A DNA stretch of 64,000 nt from Sedimentisphaerales bacterium (GCA_963708075.1 OY970194.1:928001-992000); one strand, 5' to 3'. Positions 1 to 9,898 are shown, numbered from the stretch's first letter. The notes: a model not told the origin generated them from the letters alone. Made by a program: numbers and translations.

Positions 1-211
1 CGTTCTCGCCCGGCAGCTCGAGTATGCGAATCTCCATCTGAACCGTGGCAAAGAACCTGGCTTTCTCCCGGTCCTTCTCCCTCACGGTCGAAGCCAGGTC
101 GCCGATCTTGACGTTCTGCCAGATCTGCCGTTCCTCTCTCGGGGCGTCTGCGCAGCCTGCCATGCCGGCAAGCCCAAGCATCAGCGTCAGAAAACCAGGT
201 ACACGAGCCAT
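1..211 (-). CDS. Putative lipoprotein, 5' part only (runs off the window edge)
   Basis: Manual translation from ATG at 211: MARVPGFLTLMLGLAGMAGCADAPREERQIWQNVKIGDL; signal peptide with lipobox-like MAGC; open to the window edge. Confidence 0.6.
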   Translation of the reverse strand, partial: MARVPGFLTLMLGLAGMAGCADAPREERQIWQNVKIGDLASTVREKDREKARFFATVQMEIRILELPGEN

Positions 212-607
212 GACGGCCAGACTACCGGCGGCATCGGCCTTTGTCAACGCAAGCACCCATGCCCATGCCAGGCGGGCTGTGTCTGTGCAGATCTCAGGGC
301 ACGGTGCCGGGTTAGTTTCACGGATACGGCAAGCTTGCGTCTGCGGTCGTCATCGCTACTACCGATTCGACTCCCGGAAAATCAACAATCACCGATGATA
401 ACCACCGGGTGAGGATACATCCGATAACACCTCCGGCCATCAGCCCCGCACAACTCTGTTGGCGAGTTTGACCGGCCGGAAGGCGGCAGGGGGCCGGTCT
501 CTGACCTCTCGAAAGGCGGTCCTGTGGATTCATGGTTAAGCCGCCCCTTCCTCTGGTCGATTGTCCTTGTGTAAAGCGGCACCACCCTTGAGCAACACCG
601 TTGAAAA

Positions 608-982
608 ATGGAGGTACACGGCATGAAGATCGGATGGATTGAAACATTTGAATGTGACCTCACGGACGAGCAGAAACAACTGTGCGGATGGATCGCGGAG
701 CAGGCCAGAGCCGGGGTGAAGCGGGTCAACTATAAGGAGGCTCAGGCCGTACTGAACATCGAACACGAGAAAGACCTGACCTGCATGCTCCGAAATCTGC
801 GGGAGCGCCTGGATCAGATTCATGCCATCATCCAGTCGCCAATCGTGCACACGAACACCCCGTATTTCGAGATTCATCCGATCGCCGATCACATCTGGAA
901 TCGGTATCTCCAGGCGGAAGAACAAACCACGTACTCTGAACCGGATGTGTTCAATCTGCGGACAGCCCCGGTCCCCTGTTGA
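608..982 (+). CDS. Hypothetical protein
   Basis: 124-aa ORF with protein-like composition; GGAGG at about 610 could serve a second ATG at 623. Confidence 0.6.
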   Translation: MEVHGMKIGWIETFECDLTDEQKQLCGWIAEQARAGVKRVNYKEAQAVLNIEHEKDLTCMLRNLRERLDQIHAIIQSPIVHTNTPYFEIHPIADHIWNRYLQAEEQTTYSEPDVFNLRTAPVPC

Positions 983-1039
983 CCGGGTGTCGTGAGGAGT
1001 CATTCACCAAGGCTCTGCTTATCGGAGGAGAACCAGACT

Positions 1040-1213
1040 ATGCTCGTCAAAGTGAATCTTGCCGGCTCGTCGAATGTCAGTCAGAACACCGCGGCGGAGG
1101 AGAGACTGGGGTGCTACAGGCTGTGGGCAAAACCCAAGGAGCCCCGCAAGGCCGTTCGCGGCAGACCCGGCCACATGGTGCTTGGACCGTATCCGCTCGG
1201 CACACGCAAGTGA
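1040..1213 (+). CDS. Small hypothetical protein (57 aa)
   Basis: GGAGGAG upstream of ATG at 1040; in frame with ORF 992..1213. Confidence 0.45.
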   Translation: MLVKVNLAGSSNVSQNTAAEERLGCYRLWAKPKEPRKAVRGRPGHMVLGPYPLGTRK

Positions 1214-1348
1214 GTGCACCGTCAATCTTGTCACGCCTTCATTTACGCTGCGCACTATCGCACAACGGATTGGATGAGACGTGTCTCTGAAACAGGCCGG
1301 CAGTCCTGTGGCAGCCTTCTAATAGTCACTTCTTAGATAGAAAACGAC

Positions 1349-1442
1349 GGGTGGCAGCGGCAAGCGTCAGCTTGCCGATGGCTTCCCCGTACTGCGGACC
1401 ACCATCGGCAAGCTCCGCAGGCTGCGCCTGCCGCTGCCACCC
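1349..1442. repeat. REP-like palindromic element, family A (GGGTGGCAGCG...CGCTGCCACCC)
   Basis: Terminal inverted repeats plus an inner CTTGCCGATGG/CCATCGGCAAG stem; further copies at 13487, 14221, 16655, 19105, 44918 and a half copy at 60195. Confidence 0.85.
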
Positions 1443-1488
1443 ATACTCAACGCCCTGAAATCTCCGCGGAAACCCTGGGGCCAGCAGC

Positions 1489-1641
1489 GGGGTGTGGTCG
1501 GAATATGGGGGCGGTCCATACGATTTCTCGTAGGCTGAGCGTCCCCGCTCGCCTATTTTGAGAGCTTGTGACCGCTGGGGATGTCGTGCGAAGACGCTCG
1601 CCCTACGTGAGGCTTGAATCCGCCACCGAATGCGGACCGCA
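1489..1641. repeat. Nested REP-like elements: family C arms enclosing a GTAGG...CCTAC element (1529-1607)
   Basis: Left arm GGGGTGTGGTCGGAATATGGGGGCGG and right arm CCGCCACCGAATGCGGACCGCAC; the same arms occur at 4796 and 5100. Confidence 0.65.
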
Positions 1642-1658
1642 CTGTCGGCGGTTTCTCC

Positions 1659-1687
1659 TTGAAACCGGGGTCCCGCCGGCCTATAAT
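1659..1687 (+). promoter_or_regulatory. Sigma70-type promoter of parA
   Basis: TTGAAA-17 nt-TATAAT. Confidence 0.65.
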
Positions 1688-1760
1688 CAACTGAGGACAT
1701 CGGGTGATGAGTGCAGGGACGCCAGGACGATTTGCTGCGTTGTTGACTCATGCTGGCTGA

Positions 1761-2570
1761 ATGCAAATCATAGCTGTGGCGAATCAGAAGGGTGGTTGCG
1801 GCAAGACCACGACGGCCATCAATTTGGCGGCTGCACTGGCCGCCATGGGATGCAAGGTCTTGCTTGTGGACCTCGATCCGCAGGGCCACGCCAGCCTCGG
1901 ACTCGGCTACAACCCCAACGACTTCGACAAGACGGTGTACCATACGCTGGTCGGTAACCTCATGCCCGTGTCATCCATCGCCGTAGGCACGAATATCAAC
2001 CGGCTTCATCTTTTGCCCAGCAACGTGCTTCTGGGGGGCGCCGAGCTGGAGTTGCGAGGCATTCCCGGCAAGGAGTTCATTCTCAGCGAACAACTGCGGG
2101 GTGTCTCCCGCCAGTACGACATATGTCTCATCGATTGTGCTCCATCGCTCGGCCTGCTGATGCTCAAGGCGCTCATCGCCAGCACCCATGTCATTGTCCC
2201 CGTCCAGGCCCATTTCTACTCGCTGGACGGCCTCAAGCGGCTGCTTGAAACGATCCGCGTGGTCCGCACGAGGTTCTATCCTTGCGTGGTCCAGCCGCTC
2301 GGCTTGTTGCTGACCTTCATGGAGGACCGAACGCTTCTGTGCAAACGGATCGAGACCGGCCTGAGGAAACTCTTCGGGCCGCTGGTCTTTGACACGATGA
2401 TTCACAAGAACGTCGCCTTGGCGGAAGCCCCGAGCGCAGGGCAGTCCGTGCTCGACTTCGCCCCCGAGAGCAGGGGCGCGGAGGAGCACCGTGCTCTGGC
2501 CCAGGAGATCGTGACCCGCCTGCAAGGCCCCGAGGTCATCGACGTCCCCGCGAGCGGGCACACGCACTAA
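1761..2570 (+). CDS. parA: ParA/Soj family ATPase
   Basis: Deviant Walker A NQKGGCGKTT, DLDPQG, IDCAPS and LAEAPS motifs. Confidence 0.92.
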   Translation: MQIIAVANQKGGCGKTTTAINLAAALAAMGCKVLLVDLDPQGHASLGLGYNPNDFDKTVYHTLVGNLMPVSSIAVGTNINRLHLLPSNVLLGGAELELRGIPGKEFILSEQLRGVSRQYDICLIDCAPSLGLLMLKALIASTHVIVPVQAHFYSLDGLKRLLETIRVVRTRFYPCVVQPLGLLLTFMEDRTLLCKRIETGLRKLFGPLVFDTMIHKNVALAEAPSAGQSVLDFAPESRGAEEHRALAQEIVTRLQGPEVIDVPASGHTH

Positions 2571-3715
2571 GTAGGTAGCCAAAAGTCTTCACACAAAAGC
2601 CTTGAGCCAGAAATCCGCCGACAAGACACCGGCTTTGCGGAGGCCCTGGGTCGCAGTTAGTCCCAAGAGCCACTGTTCCGCGTAGGCCGCCTCATCATCA
2701 ATCGTTTGGAACTGGCGATTGGCCGCAATCAACCGTTTCAACTCCTTCCAGAGATGATCCTGAGAGTTCAGTTCCGGGCACTGCTTCGGCAACCACAAGA
2801 GGGTCACCTCCAAGTGGGTGGCCAGTCGTTGGCTTTTGATCGCCTGATGAAAAGAGGCCTTGTCCAGCAACAGCCAAATCGGGCGTCCGGGATACCGTCG
2901 CCGCAACTCCCGCAGGAAGGCTTGAAAGTCCTCTTGCCGCTGGCGGGGCCGACGCAGGACCACCCGGTGTCCGGTTCGTGGATTGATCGTGCCGAACAGA
3001 ACCCGTTTGTCGTTTTGACCCGTGATCTTGACCTGCGCCTGTTCGCCGCGAAACGCCCACACATAGCGCAAGGGCGGAAACCAGCGGAGGATGGTCGCAT
3101 CCGAAAACAACAGCACCGCCCGCGCCGGCATCCGTTTCAGGCGGCGAACCAGGCCCCCTTTTTCTGGGCTCGGTTCGGGTCCTTGGTCGCATAGACATAC
3201 CGGGGACGTTTCCACCGCAGATCCAAGTCCCGCATCCGCCGCCGCAGGGTACGAGGCGAGATTGCACACCCGTACCTTTGCTGGAGGTGATCTGCCAGCA
3301 AGGACACCGTCCAACCCGTGGCGCGATAGCCCAAACGCATCGGGTCCCGGCGGAACTCGTGTACCAGACGGGCGTCCGTGATCGGCGTGGCGACCGGAGG
3401 CCGTCCGGAACGCGGTGCGTCCTGCAGGCGGTCTGGACAATGGGTGTGCAGATAGGCCCGCACCCAGCGATAGACGCTCCACGGCCGGGTCCCGGTGATC
3501 TGCGCTGCTTCCGGAACCGTCCGACCCTGGGCCACCAACAGGATCGCTCCGATACGCCGGTAGGTGCGAATGTCAGCGACCCCCTGTAAGGCCCGCGTAA
3601 GACGATGTTTATCATATCGATCGAAACCACGTTCTGAGGCGCTCTTCGTTCTTCGCATGTACCCCATCATACACGCGAAGAGAATCGTTCCTGTGAAAAC
3701 TTTTGGCTACCTACT
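2570..3715 (-). mobile_element. Complete IS630-family insertion sequence
   Basis: 24-bp terminal IRs AGTAGGTAGCCAAAAGT(C/T)TTCACA with 1 mismatch; TA duplicated at 2568-2569 and 3716-3717; reconstructed target CTAG. Confidence 0.93.
2589..3670 (-). CDS. IS630-family transposase in two ORFs (HTH orfA 3137-3670, DDE orfB) joined by a -1 frameshift
   Basis: Winged-HTH orfA ending RPRY..QKKG; orfB with LLDKAS and WLPKQCPELN; slippery AAAAAGGGGG at 3154-3163 on the minus strand. Confidence 0.9.
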
Positions 3716-3777
3716 TAGGCGGTCGTCCCGTGCCGTCGGCAACTCTTGGTGACTGTCTCAGAACCACACCTTGGCTT

Positions 3778-3981
3778 GTCATTGCGAGTCCCTGCGCCGC
3801 TGCGCGGCTGGTGCCGGGAAGAAACGAGATGGTTTCGGTGCCATGCTTACGCTCGCGTAAGCATGCGTTGCCCATCGAGTGGAACATGTCTACGCAAGCG
3901 TAGACATGGCACCCAACCAGCCGGTTTCTCAGGAGTGAAGCGAAGCAGTCTCCCATCCCCGGGATTGAGATTGCTTCGTCG
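3778..3981. repeat. GTCATTGCGAG...GAAGCAGTCTC/GAGATTGCTTCG palindromic element, interrupted by a family B element
   Basis: Characteristic 5' end at 3778 and hairpin at 3940-3978. Confidence 0.5.
3837..3914. repeat. REP-like element, family B (GGTGCCATG...CATGGCACC)
   Basis: Two internal palindromes CATGCTTACGC..GCGTAAGCATG and CATGTCTACGC..GCGTAGACATG; near-identical copy at 4712. Confidence 0.85.
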
Positions 3982-4021
3982 TTGTGCTGCGCAACGCCAT
4001 TCACCGTTTTGAGATGATGCC

Positions 4022-4447
4022 TTAGTGACTCACATCGCCCAGGATTCGGGCGACTCGACGAGCGTACTCCAGCGTGGATGGCTTCCTGTGGCCGTTGGGG
4101 CCGCCGTTGTGAATTCGGGCCATCTCCAGGAGGCTGCATCCCGGACCATAGTGCAGCAGGTAAGCCTTGACGACCTCTCGGGCTTTTGCCTGGTCGGCTG
4201 CCTGCTCGTAGTCCCAGTCAACGCCGAGGAACCTCGTGCCGTCAGCCCAGTAAGCACGGTGAATCTGGTATACGCCAGACGCTTCCCCACCGTCGCCCTT
4301 CACACTGGGATTGTTGCGGCTCTCCACCCTCGCGATTGCGTCCAGCAGCAGATCGATTCCGCCGGAATCGGCCTCATGGATACTCCCGACCCCAGCGACC
4401 CGCGGCCAGGCCGCTACGGCAATCCATACAAACACCGCCACTCTCAT
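4022..4447 (-). CDS. Secreted lysozyme-fold protein (lytic transglycosylase or i-type lysozyme-like)
   Basis: Signal peptide; AIARVES catalytic Glu, GVYQI, YWAD and ARIHNGGP motifs; alternative start at 4468. Confidence 0.8.
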   Translation of the reverse strand: MRVAVFVWIAVAAWPRVAGVGSIHEADSGGIDLLLDAIARVESRNNPSVKGDGGEASGVYQIHRAYWADGTRFLGVDWDYEQAADQAKAREVVKAYLLHYGPGCSLLEMARIHNGGPNGHRKPSTLEYARRVARILGDVSH

Positions 4448-4711
4448 CGCATGTCCCCCAATGGTCACCTGTCCTCACGGTTGCGGCCTGAGAGCGTTCA
4501 GACCCCAACACTGTCACGATCTTCCCGGGTATACGGCGACTGGTCGCCGCGGTGCGGTAAATCGGTCCCATGCGATGATGTTTTTCAGCAGGCAGCACGT
4601 GCCGCTGCCACCCGTGCTTTCCTCCCCTGAAGGCGGTAGTTCGGCTGGTCGGTCACTTGTCGAGTTGTCGGGCCGCTGCGTGGTTGGTGTCCGGGAGAAA
4701 CAGGATAGTCT

Positions 4712-4790
4712 GGGTGCCATGCTTACGCTCGCGTAAGCATGCTCTGTCCATCGAACAAAACATGTCTACGCAAGCGTAGACATGGCACCC
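4712..4790. repeat. REP-like element, family B, second copy
   Basis: Both palindromes identical to 3837-3914; spacer differs. Confidence 0.85.
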
Positions 4791-4795
4791 GGCGT

Positions 4796-5124
4796 GGGTG
4801 TGGTCGGAATTTGGTGGCGGCGTGTAGCCGCCGTGTGCGGACTGCGCCTCTTTCGTCCCTTACGGGACTGGCTTTTGTCCTCGGCCCCGGTTCCCCAGCG
4901 ATCAATCGCTGGGCTATTCTCTATCGCCCTGCGGGCTTGGACTTCGCTCCAGTCCTCTTGCGTCGGCCCGTCCGCCCCACGGGGGCGATCGACACTAGCC
5001 CACCGTTTCAACGGTGGGTACGATAGTCAATCCTGTCTCAAAGCCCCGTAGGGGCGAAAGAAGACTGGGCTGCGCTCTTGTGTCGGTTGGAATCCGAATC
5101 CGCCACCGAATGCCGACCGCACCC
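4796..5124. repeat. Nested REP-like cluster: family C arms enclosing a multi-hairpin element (4849-5061)
   Basis: Outer arms GGGTGTGGTCGGAATTTGGTGGCGG / CCGCCACCGAATGCCGACCGCACCC; inner IR TCTTTCGTCCCTTACGGGACT / AGCCCCGTAGGGGCGAAAGA; hairpins CCCAGCGAT..ATCGCTGGG and CCCACCGTT..AACGGTGGG. Confidence 0.7.
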
Positions 5125-5154
5125 GCCGGCGTGGGCATGGCCCCATCTATCTGG

Positions 5155-6519
5155 TCACTTGTCGAGCGTCTTGATTCTGAGGTTGCGGAACTCGACCTGG
5201 TCGCCATGGCCGAGGAAGCCAATGCGGCCGGTCGGGTTCTTGAGCCCGGGGTGTTGCTGGTGGTCGAGCGTCTGCGGCGTGCTGGCCTTCTCGATATCCG
5301 CATCGACAATCGTCACGCCGTTGAGCTTCACGGTGATCTGCTTACCTTTGGCGGTGATTTCCTCGCTGTTCCACTCGCCCACGGGCTTGAGGTGGCCCGG
5401 CTTGGCGGCGACCACGCCGTAGATTGAGCCGTGATGCTGGTAGTCCTTGAGCCAGCCGGCGTAGCGGGGGGAGTCCTCGTCCAGAACCTGGATCTCCATT
5501 CCCCTGTAAGCTGAGTCGCCGTCCATCGATGTGCGAATCCCGATGCCGTTGTTGGCGCCGGGGGTCAGGCGAAATTCGAAGCGGAACGCGAAGTCGCTGT
5601 AGTCCTTGTCGGTGTACAGGTTTCCGCCGCCGCCTTTTGTCGGGTCAACAACGATCACGCCGTCCTTGACGACGTAGCCTTCCTTGTTGCCGACCCAGCC
5701 GGTCAGGTCCGTGCCATTGAAGAGCTGCGCGAAGCCCTGCGACTTCTCCTCGTCGGTGAGGGTGTTGACCGCCTTTTCGCGGGGGATCTCGCGGATGTAG
5801 ATGTTTCGGAAGTAGAGGAAGTTGCCATGATTCTGCAGCTCGATCTGTCCCGTCGGATAGATGGGCTTGTCGCGCTCCCAGTAGTTCTCCATGACCACGT
5901 TATCGACCACGAGTTCATCATTGAGAATGACAGTGACCTTCTCGCCGATCATGGTGATGCGGAAGGTGTTCCACTCCTCGATAGGTTTGTCCGCGATTTT
6001 CGTCGGCTTGCTCGGGTTCTTCTGATTGTTGTAGAGTCCGCCGGAGCCGACCTGGGCGCCGACGAGTTTGTTGGCCGTGTCCCAGATCTGCACCTGGGGC
6101 GAGCCGCGCAGGTAGATGCCGCTATCGCCGGCCTTCAGGATCTTCCAGTCCACGAGCATTTCGAAGTCGCCGTAGTCTTTCGCCGTGCATAGACTTCGGC
6201 CTTTGCCATCGAAAGTGAGCACGCCATCGACCACGCTCCAGTGGGCCCGCATGTTCTCATCGGCCTCCTGCTGCAGCTTGGCACGCTCATCCGGAGACAG
6301 TTCCGCCCGCTTGGCCGGATTGTCATAGGGTCCTTTGAGCAGGCCCTTCCAGCCGGTCAGGTCCTTCCCGTTGAAAAGGGCCACAAACCCCGCCGACGGT
6401 TGATTCAAGGGTCGTTGCGGGGCGTCGCCGGCCCATGCACTCCACGCCACGCCCAGGACAACCAGCGAAACCACAATCAACATACAACGTGTGCCCGGAT
6501 GGAATGTCTGCCTTCTCAT
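5155..6519 (-). CDS. Secreted tandem DUF1080 (3-keto-glycoside hydrolase-like) protein
   Basis: Two copies of LFNGxDLTGW...SGI/NGI...WN...G.I.LQ.HG...FRN; signal peptide; AAGGAG ribosome-binding site. Confidence 0.88.
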   Translation of the reverse strand: MRRQTFHPGTRCMLIVVSLVVLGVAWSAWAGDAPQRPLNQPSAGFVALFNGKDLTGWKGLLKGPYDNPAKRAELSPDERAKLQQEADENMRAHWSVVDGVLTFDGKGRSLCTAKDYGDFEMLVDWKILKAGDSGIYLRGSPQVQIWDTANKLVGAQVGSGGLYNNQKNPSKPTKIADKPIEEWNTFRITMIGEKVTVILNDELVVDNVVMENYWERDKPIYPTGQIELQNHGNFLYFRNIYIREIPREKAVNTLTDEEKSQGFAQLFNGTDLTGWVGNKEGYVVKDGVIVVDPTKGGGGNLYTDKDYSDFAFRFEFRLTPGANNGIGIRTSMDGDSAYRGMEIQVLDEDSPRYAGWLKDYQHHGSIYGVVAAKPGHLKPVGEWNSEEITAKGKQITVKLNGVTIVDADIEKASTPQTLDHQQHPGLKNPTGRIGFLGHGDQVEFRNLRIKTLDK

Positions 6520-6567
6520 CGAGTCATTCTCCTTTTCTATCCGATACCATTGCTTCGGAATCTCCAC

Positions 6568-6596
6568 GTAGGGGCGGGTTTCAAACCCGCCCGTAC
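6568..6596. repeat. GTAG-type REP hairpin
   Basis: GTAGGGGCGGGTTTCAAACCCGCCCGTAC. Confidence 0.7.
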
Positions 6597-6733
6597 TATA
6601 TGCCGGTATACTGACCCCGTCAAGCCTCGAAGTCCCATTATTGGCTGGCGTATGTTTGTTGAGCCCGCTACAATCTCGGTCTCAGTGGCTTGGGACAATC
6701 GGTTGTGACCGCCCACGGGCGTACAGGTGAGCG

Positions 6734-7717
6734 ATGAAGCATGGATTTTGTCAGATGTGCTGGGTGGTGTGGCTGGTCGTCGGGCTCTGGGGTGTGACGC
6801 GGGCGGTGGATCGGCCGGAGGTCGTGCTCAAGCTCGGGCATGGCTTGGACACTGAACATCCCGTGCATAAGGCGATGATGTTCATGGCCGACAAGGTCCG
6901 CGAGAAATCCGGCGGGCGGATGCAGGTCCAGGTGTACCCCGGCGAGCAGCTCGGCAATGAGAAAGAGTGCATCGAGGCCCTGCAACTCGGATATCTGGCG
7001 ATGACCAAGACGTCCAGCGCCCCGCTGGAGGGGTTCGTGCCGAAGATGCGGGTGTTCGGCATTCCCTACCTGTTTCGCGACGCGGACCATCTCTGGAAGG
7101 TGCTCAACGGTCCCATCGGCAAGGAGATTCTGCTGGCGGGCGAGTCGAAGCGGCTGCGAGGTTTGTGTTACTATGACGCCGGGGCGCGGAGCTTCTACGC
7201 CAAGCGGCCGATCAACAAACCCTCCGACCTGGCGGGCATGAAGATCCGCGTGCAGAACAGCATCATGTCCATGAAGATGGTGCAGGCGATGGGGGGCTCG
7301 CCGACGCCGGTGCCCTGGGGCGAACTGTACACTGCCCTCGATCAGGGCGTGGTCGACGCCGCCGAGAACAACGCGCCCTCGTTCCGCACGTCGCGACACT
7401 ATGAGGTCTGCGCGTACTACTGCCTCGACGAGCACACGTGCCTGCCCGATATCCTGGTGATCAGCACGAGGGTCTGGAACAAGCTGTCGCCCGAGCAGCA
7501 ACGAGTGCTCCAGGAGGCGGTCGATGAGTCCGTTGCGTACCAGCGGAAGATCTGGGCCGAGGCCGAGTTGAAGGATCTCCAAACTGTGCAGGAGCAGGGG
7601 GCCAGGATCGTCCGGCCGGACAAGGCGCCCTTCCGTGAGTCCGTCCGGCCCCTCTGGAAGGAGTTCGAGGGAACCGAGATCGGCGAGCTGATCCGGCGAA
7701 TTCAGGAGGTGCAATGA
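6734..7717 (+). CDS. dctP: TRAP transporter substrate-binding protein
   Basis: Signal peptide; DLAGMKIRV and ELYTALDQGVVDAAEN motifs. Confidence 0.93.
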   Translation: MKHGFCQMCWVVWLVVGLWGVTRAVDRPEVVLKLGHGLDTEHPVHKAMMFMADKVREKSGGRMQVQVYPGEQLGNEKECIEALQLGYLAMTKTSSAPLEGFVPKMRVFGIPYLFRDADHLWKVLNGPIGKEILLAGESKRLRGLCYYDAGARSFYAKRPINKPSDLAGMKIRVQNSIMSMKMVQAMGGSPTPVPWGELYTALDQGVVDAAENNAPSFRTSRHYEVCAYYCLDEHTCLPDILVISTRVWNKLSPEQQRVLQEAVDESVAYQRKIWAEAELKDLQTVQEQGARIVRPDKAPFRESVRPLWKEFEGTEIGELIRRIQEVQ

Positions 7718-8253
7718 AGTTTCTCCAGATCGTCAAGAAGGTTCTGGACCGTTCGCTGGAAGTGCTGGTCATGGTCGTGATGGCAATCCTGGTCCTGGAC
7801 GTGCTGTGGCAGGTCTTCACCCGGCTGGTCCTGAAAGACCCCAGCACGTGGACCGAAGAGCTGGCGGTCTTCATGCTGATCTGGGTCTCGCTGCTGGGAG
7901 CGGCCGTGGCCCTCGGCCGCGGGGCACACCTGGGGATCGACTACTTCGTCGGCAAGCTCCCCGCCCGGGCCAGGCTGGGCACTGAGGTCATCGTCTTTCT
8001 CAGCGTCTCGGCGTTCTCCCTGCTCGTCATGGTCATCGGGGGCGTCGATCTGGTCGCCAGCAACCTCGACCTGGGACAGGAGTCGCCGGCCCTGCGTGTC
8101 AAGGTGGGCTATGTCTATCTGGCGGTGCCCATCAGTGGTTTCTTTCTTACGCTCTATGCCGTCATCGGTCTGGTCGAGAGAATCAGGGAACTGCTCAAGA
8201 AACAACCGCCGGCCGGCGAGCAGATCACCCTGAGCGCCATGAAGATCGACTGA
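7714..8253 (+). CDS. dctQ: TRAP transporter small permease
   Basis: Four TM helices; WTEELA motif; ATGA overlap with dctP. Confidence 0.92.
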   Translation: MKFLQIVKKVLDRSLEVLVMVVMAILVLDVLWQVFTRLVLKDPSTWTEELAVFMLIWVSLLGAAVALGRGAHLGIDYFVGKLPARARLGTEVIVFLSVSAFSLLVMVIGGVDLVASNLDLGQESPALRVKVGYVYLAVPISGFFLTLYAVIGLVERIRELLKKQPPAGEQITLSAMKID

Positions 8254-8285
8254 AATCGTAAATCATAATTCATAAATCGTAAATC
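8253..8285. repeat. Heptamer tandem repeat (AAATCRT)x4.7
   Basis: AAATCGT AAATCAT AATTCAT AAATCGT AAATC. Confidence 0.8.
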
Positions 8286-8295
8286 CGGAGGCTCC

Positions 8296-9597
8296 GTGGA
8301 TTTGCCCATTCTCGTTCTTGCGGTCAGTTTTCTGGTCCTGATGTTGCTCAACGTGCCCGTGGCGTTCTGCATGGGGATAGCCGCGACGCTGGCGTTTCTG
8401 ACGATGGGGGGCATGCCCGCCTTCACCGCCGTGGCGCACAACATGGCCACCGGCATCGACAGCTTCGCGCTGCTGGCCATCCCGTTCTTCGTGCTCTCGG
8501 GCCTCCTCATGGGCCATGGCGGCATCGCCCGCCGGCTGATCGATTTCGCCAACGTCCTGATGGGACGTTTTCGCGGCGGGCTGGGCTACGTCAACGTGCT
8601 GACCTGCATGATGTTCGGCGCCATCTCGGGCTCCGCCACGGCGGCCGTCTCCTCCATCGGCGGGTTCATGATCCCCGTGATGAACAAGATGGGCTACGAC
8701 CGCGACTTCAACGCCGCCGTGACGATCACCGCCGCCACGACAGGACTGCTGATCCCGCCGAGCAACATCATGATCGTCTACTCGCTGGCCACGGGCGGCT
8801 TCGTCTCGATTGCCGCCTTGTTCATCGCGGGATACCTGCCCGGCTTCCTCGTCGGCCTGGGACTGCTCGTCGTCAGCGGGGTCGTCTCTGTTCGGAACAA
8901 CTACGGCAAAGGCGAGCGATTCGCCTTTCGCGAGGGCGTGGTCCGTTTTCTGGCGGCGATCCCGGCGCTGCTGCTCATCTTTATCGTCATCGGCGGCATC
9001 CTGCTGGGCTGGTTCACTCCCACGGAGGCCTCCGCCATCGCCGTGCTCTACTCGTTCTTCCTCGCGGTCATCGTGTATCGGGAAGTGAAGGTCCGGGACC
9101 TGCCCAGGCTCCTTCTCCAATGCGGCGTCACGACCTCCGTGGTCTTCCTGCTGATCGCCACGAGCATGGCCATGTCCTGGGTCCTGGCCTCGGAGAACGT
9201 GCCGCACGATATCAGCGCCGCGCTGGTGGGCTTGACCGGCAGCAAGGTGGTCCTGCTGCTGCTGATCAACGCGCTCCTGCTCGTGGTCGGCTGTTTCATG
9301 GACATGACGCCGGCGGTGCTGATCTTCACGCCGATCTTCCTGCCCGTCGTCGAGAAGCTCGGTGTACATCCTCTCCATTTCGGCATTATCATGATCATGA
9401 ACCTGTGCATCGGCCTGTGCACGCCGCCGGTGGGCACGTGCCTGTTCCTCGGCTGCGGCATCGCGGAGACCACGGTCACCAAAGTGATGCGTCCCATCCT
9501 GCCGTTCTTCATCGCCATGGTCGTCACCCTCCTGCTGTGCACCTTCATCCCCGAAATCTCCATGTGGCTGCCCGAGAAATTCGGCTTCGTCAAGTGA
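8296..9597 (+). CDS. dctM: TRAP transporter large permease
   Basis: LLAIPFF, ISGSA, LIPPS, FTPTEAS and TPPVG motifs; GGAGG ribosome-binding site. Confidence 0.93.
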   Translation: MDLPILVLAVSFLVLMLLNVPVAFCMGIAATLAFLTMGGMPAFTAVAHNMATGIDSFALLAIPFFVLSGLLMGHGGIARRLIDFANVLMGRFRGGLGYVNVLTCMMFGAISGSATAAVSSIGGFMIPVMNKMGYDRDFNAAVTITAATTGLLIPPSNIMIVYSLATGGFVSIAALFIAGYLPGFLVGLGLLVVSGVVSVRNNYGKGERFAFREGVVRFLAAIPALLLIFIVIGGILLGWFTPTEASAIAVLYSFFLAVIVYREVKVRDLPRLLLQCGVTTSVVFLLIATSMAMSWVLASENVPHDISAALVGLTGSKVVLLLLINALLLVVGCFMDMTPAVLIFTPIFLPVVEKLGVHPLHFGIIMIMNLCIGLCTPPVGTCLFLGCGIAETTVTKVMRPILPFFIAMVVTLLLCTFIPEISMWLPEKFGFVK

Positions 9598-9700
9598 GTC
9601 GCGCCCACTCCGTGTCCAATTGCTGCTTGCATCCCCTCTGGCTTGGCACTACAATGGCCGCATGTCTCCTGGGACTATTGTGCTCTGGGAGTGAGATAGT

Positions 9701-9898
9701 ATGACGAAGAAGACGTTCGATGTCGTGGTGTTCATGCGGAAGCGACGCGAGGAACTCTCCCGTGCCTACGCCGGCCTCAGCGCCGAGCAGATTGAGGAAC
9801 GGGTGCAGCAGACGCTCAAGGATGATCCCCTGTGGAAGCCACTCTCGCGGAAGGAAGCCTCGTCGGACTCGAAGAGGAGAGCCAGAGATCATCCCTAG
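9701..9898 (+). CDS. Small hypothetical protein (antitoxin-like size and composition)
   Basis: 65 aa, KKTFDVVVFMRKRREELS; helical and charged. Confidence 0.55.
   Translation: MTKKTFDVVVFMRKRREELSRAYAGLSAEQIEERVQQTLKDDPLWKPLSRKEASSDSKRRARDHP

Noticed and set aside
1326..1943. ORF sharing the peptide GWQRQAQPAELADG with the 12929 protein
   Set aside because: The similarity is just the translated REP family A element; the ORF overlaps parA and its promoter on the opposite strand.
1761..4468. Plasmid or prophage, suggested by parA plus a lysozyme
   Set aside because: No parB, replication, structural or integrase genes; surrounded by housekeeping loci.
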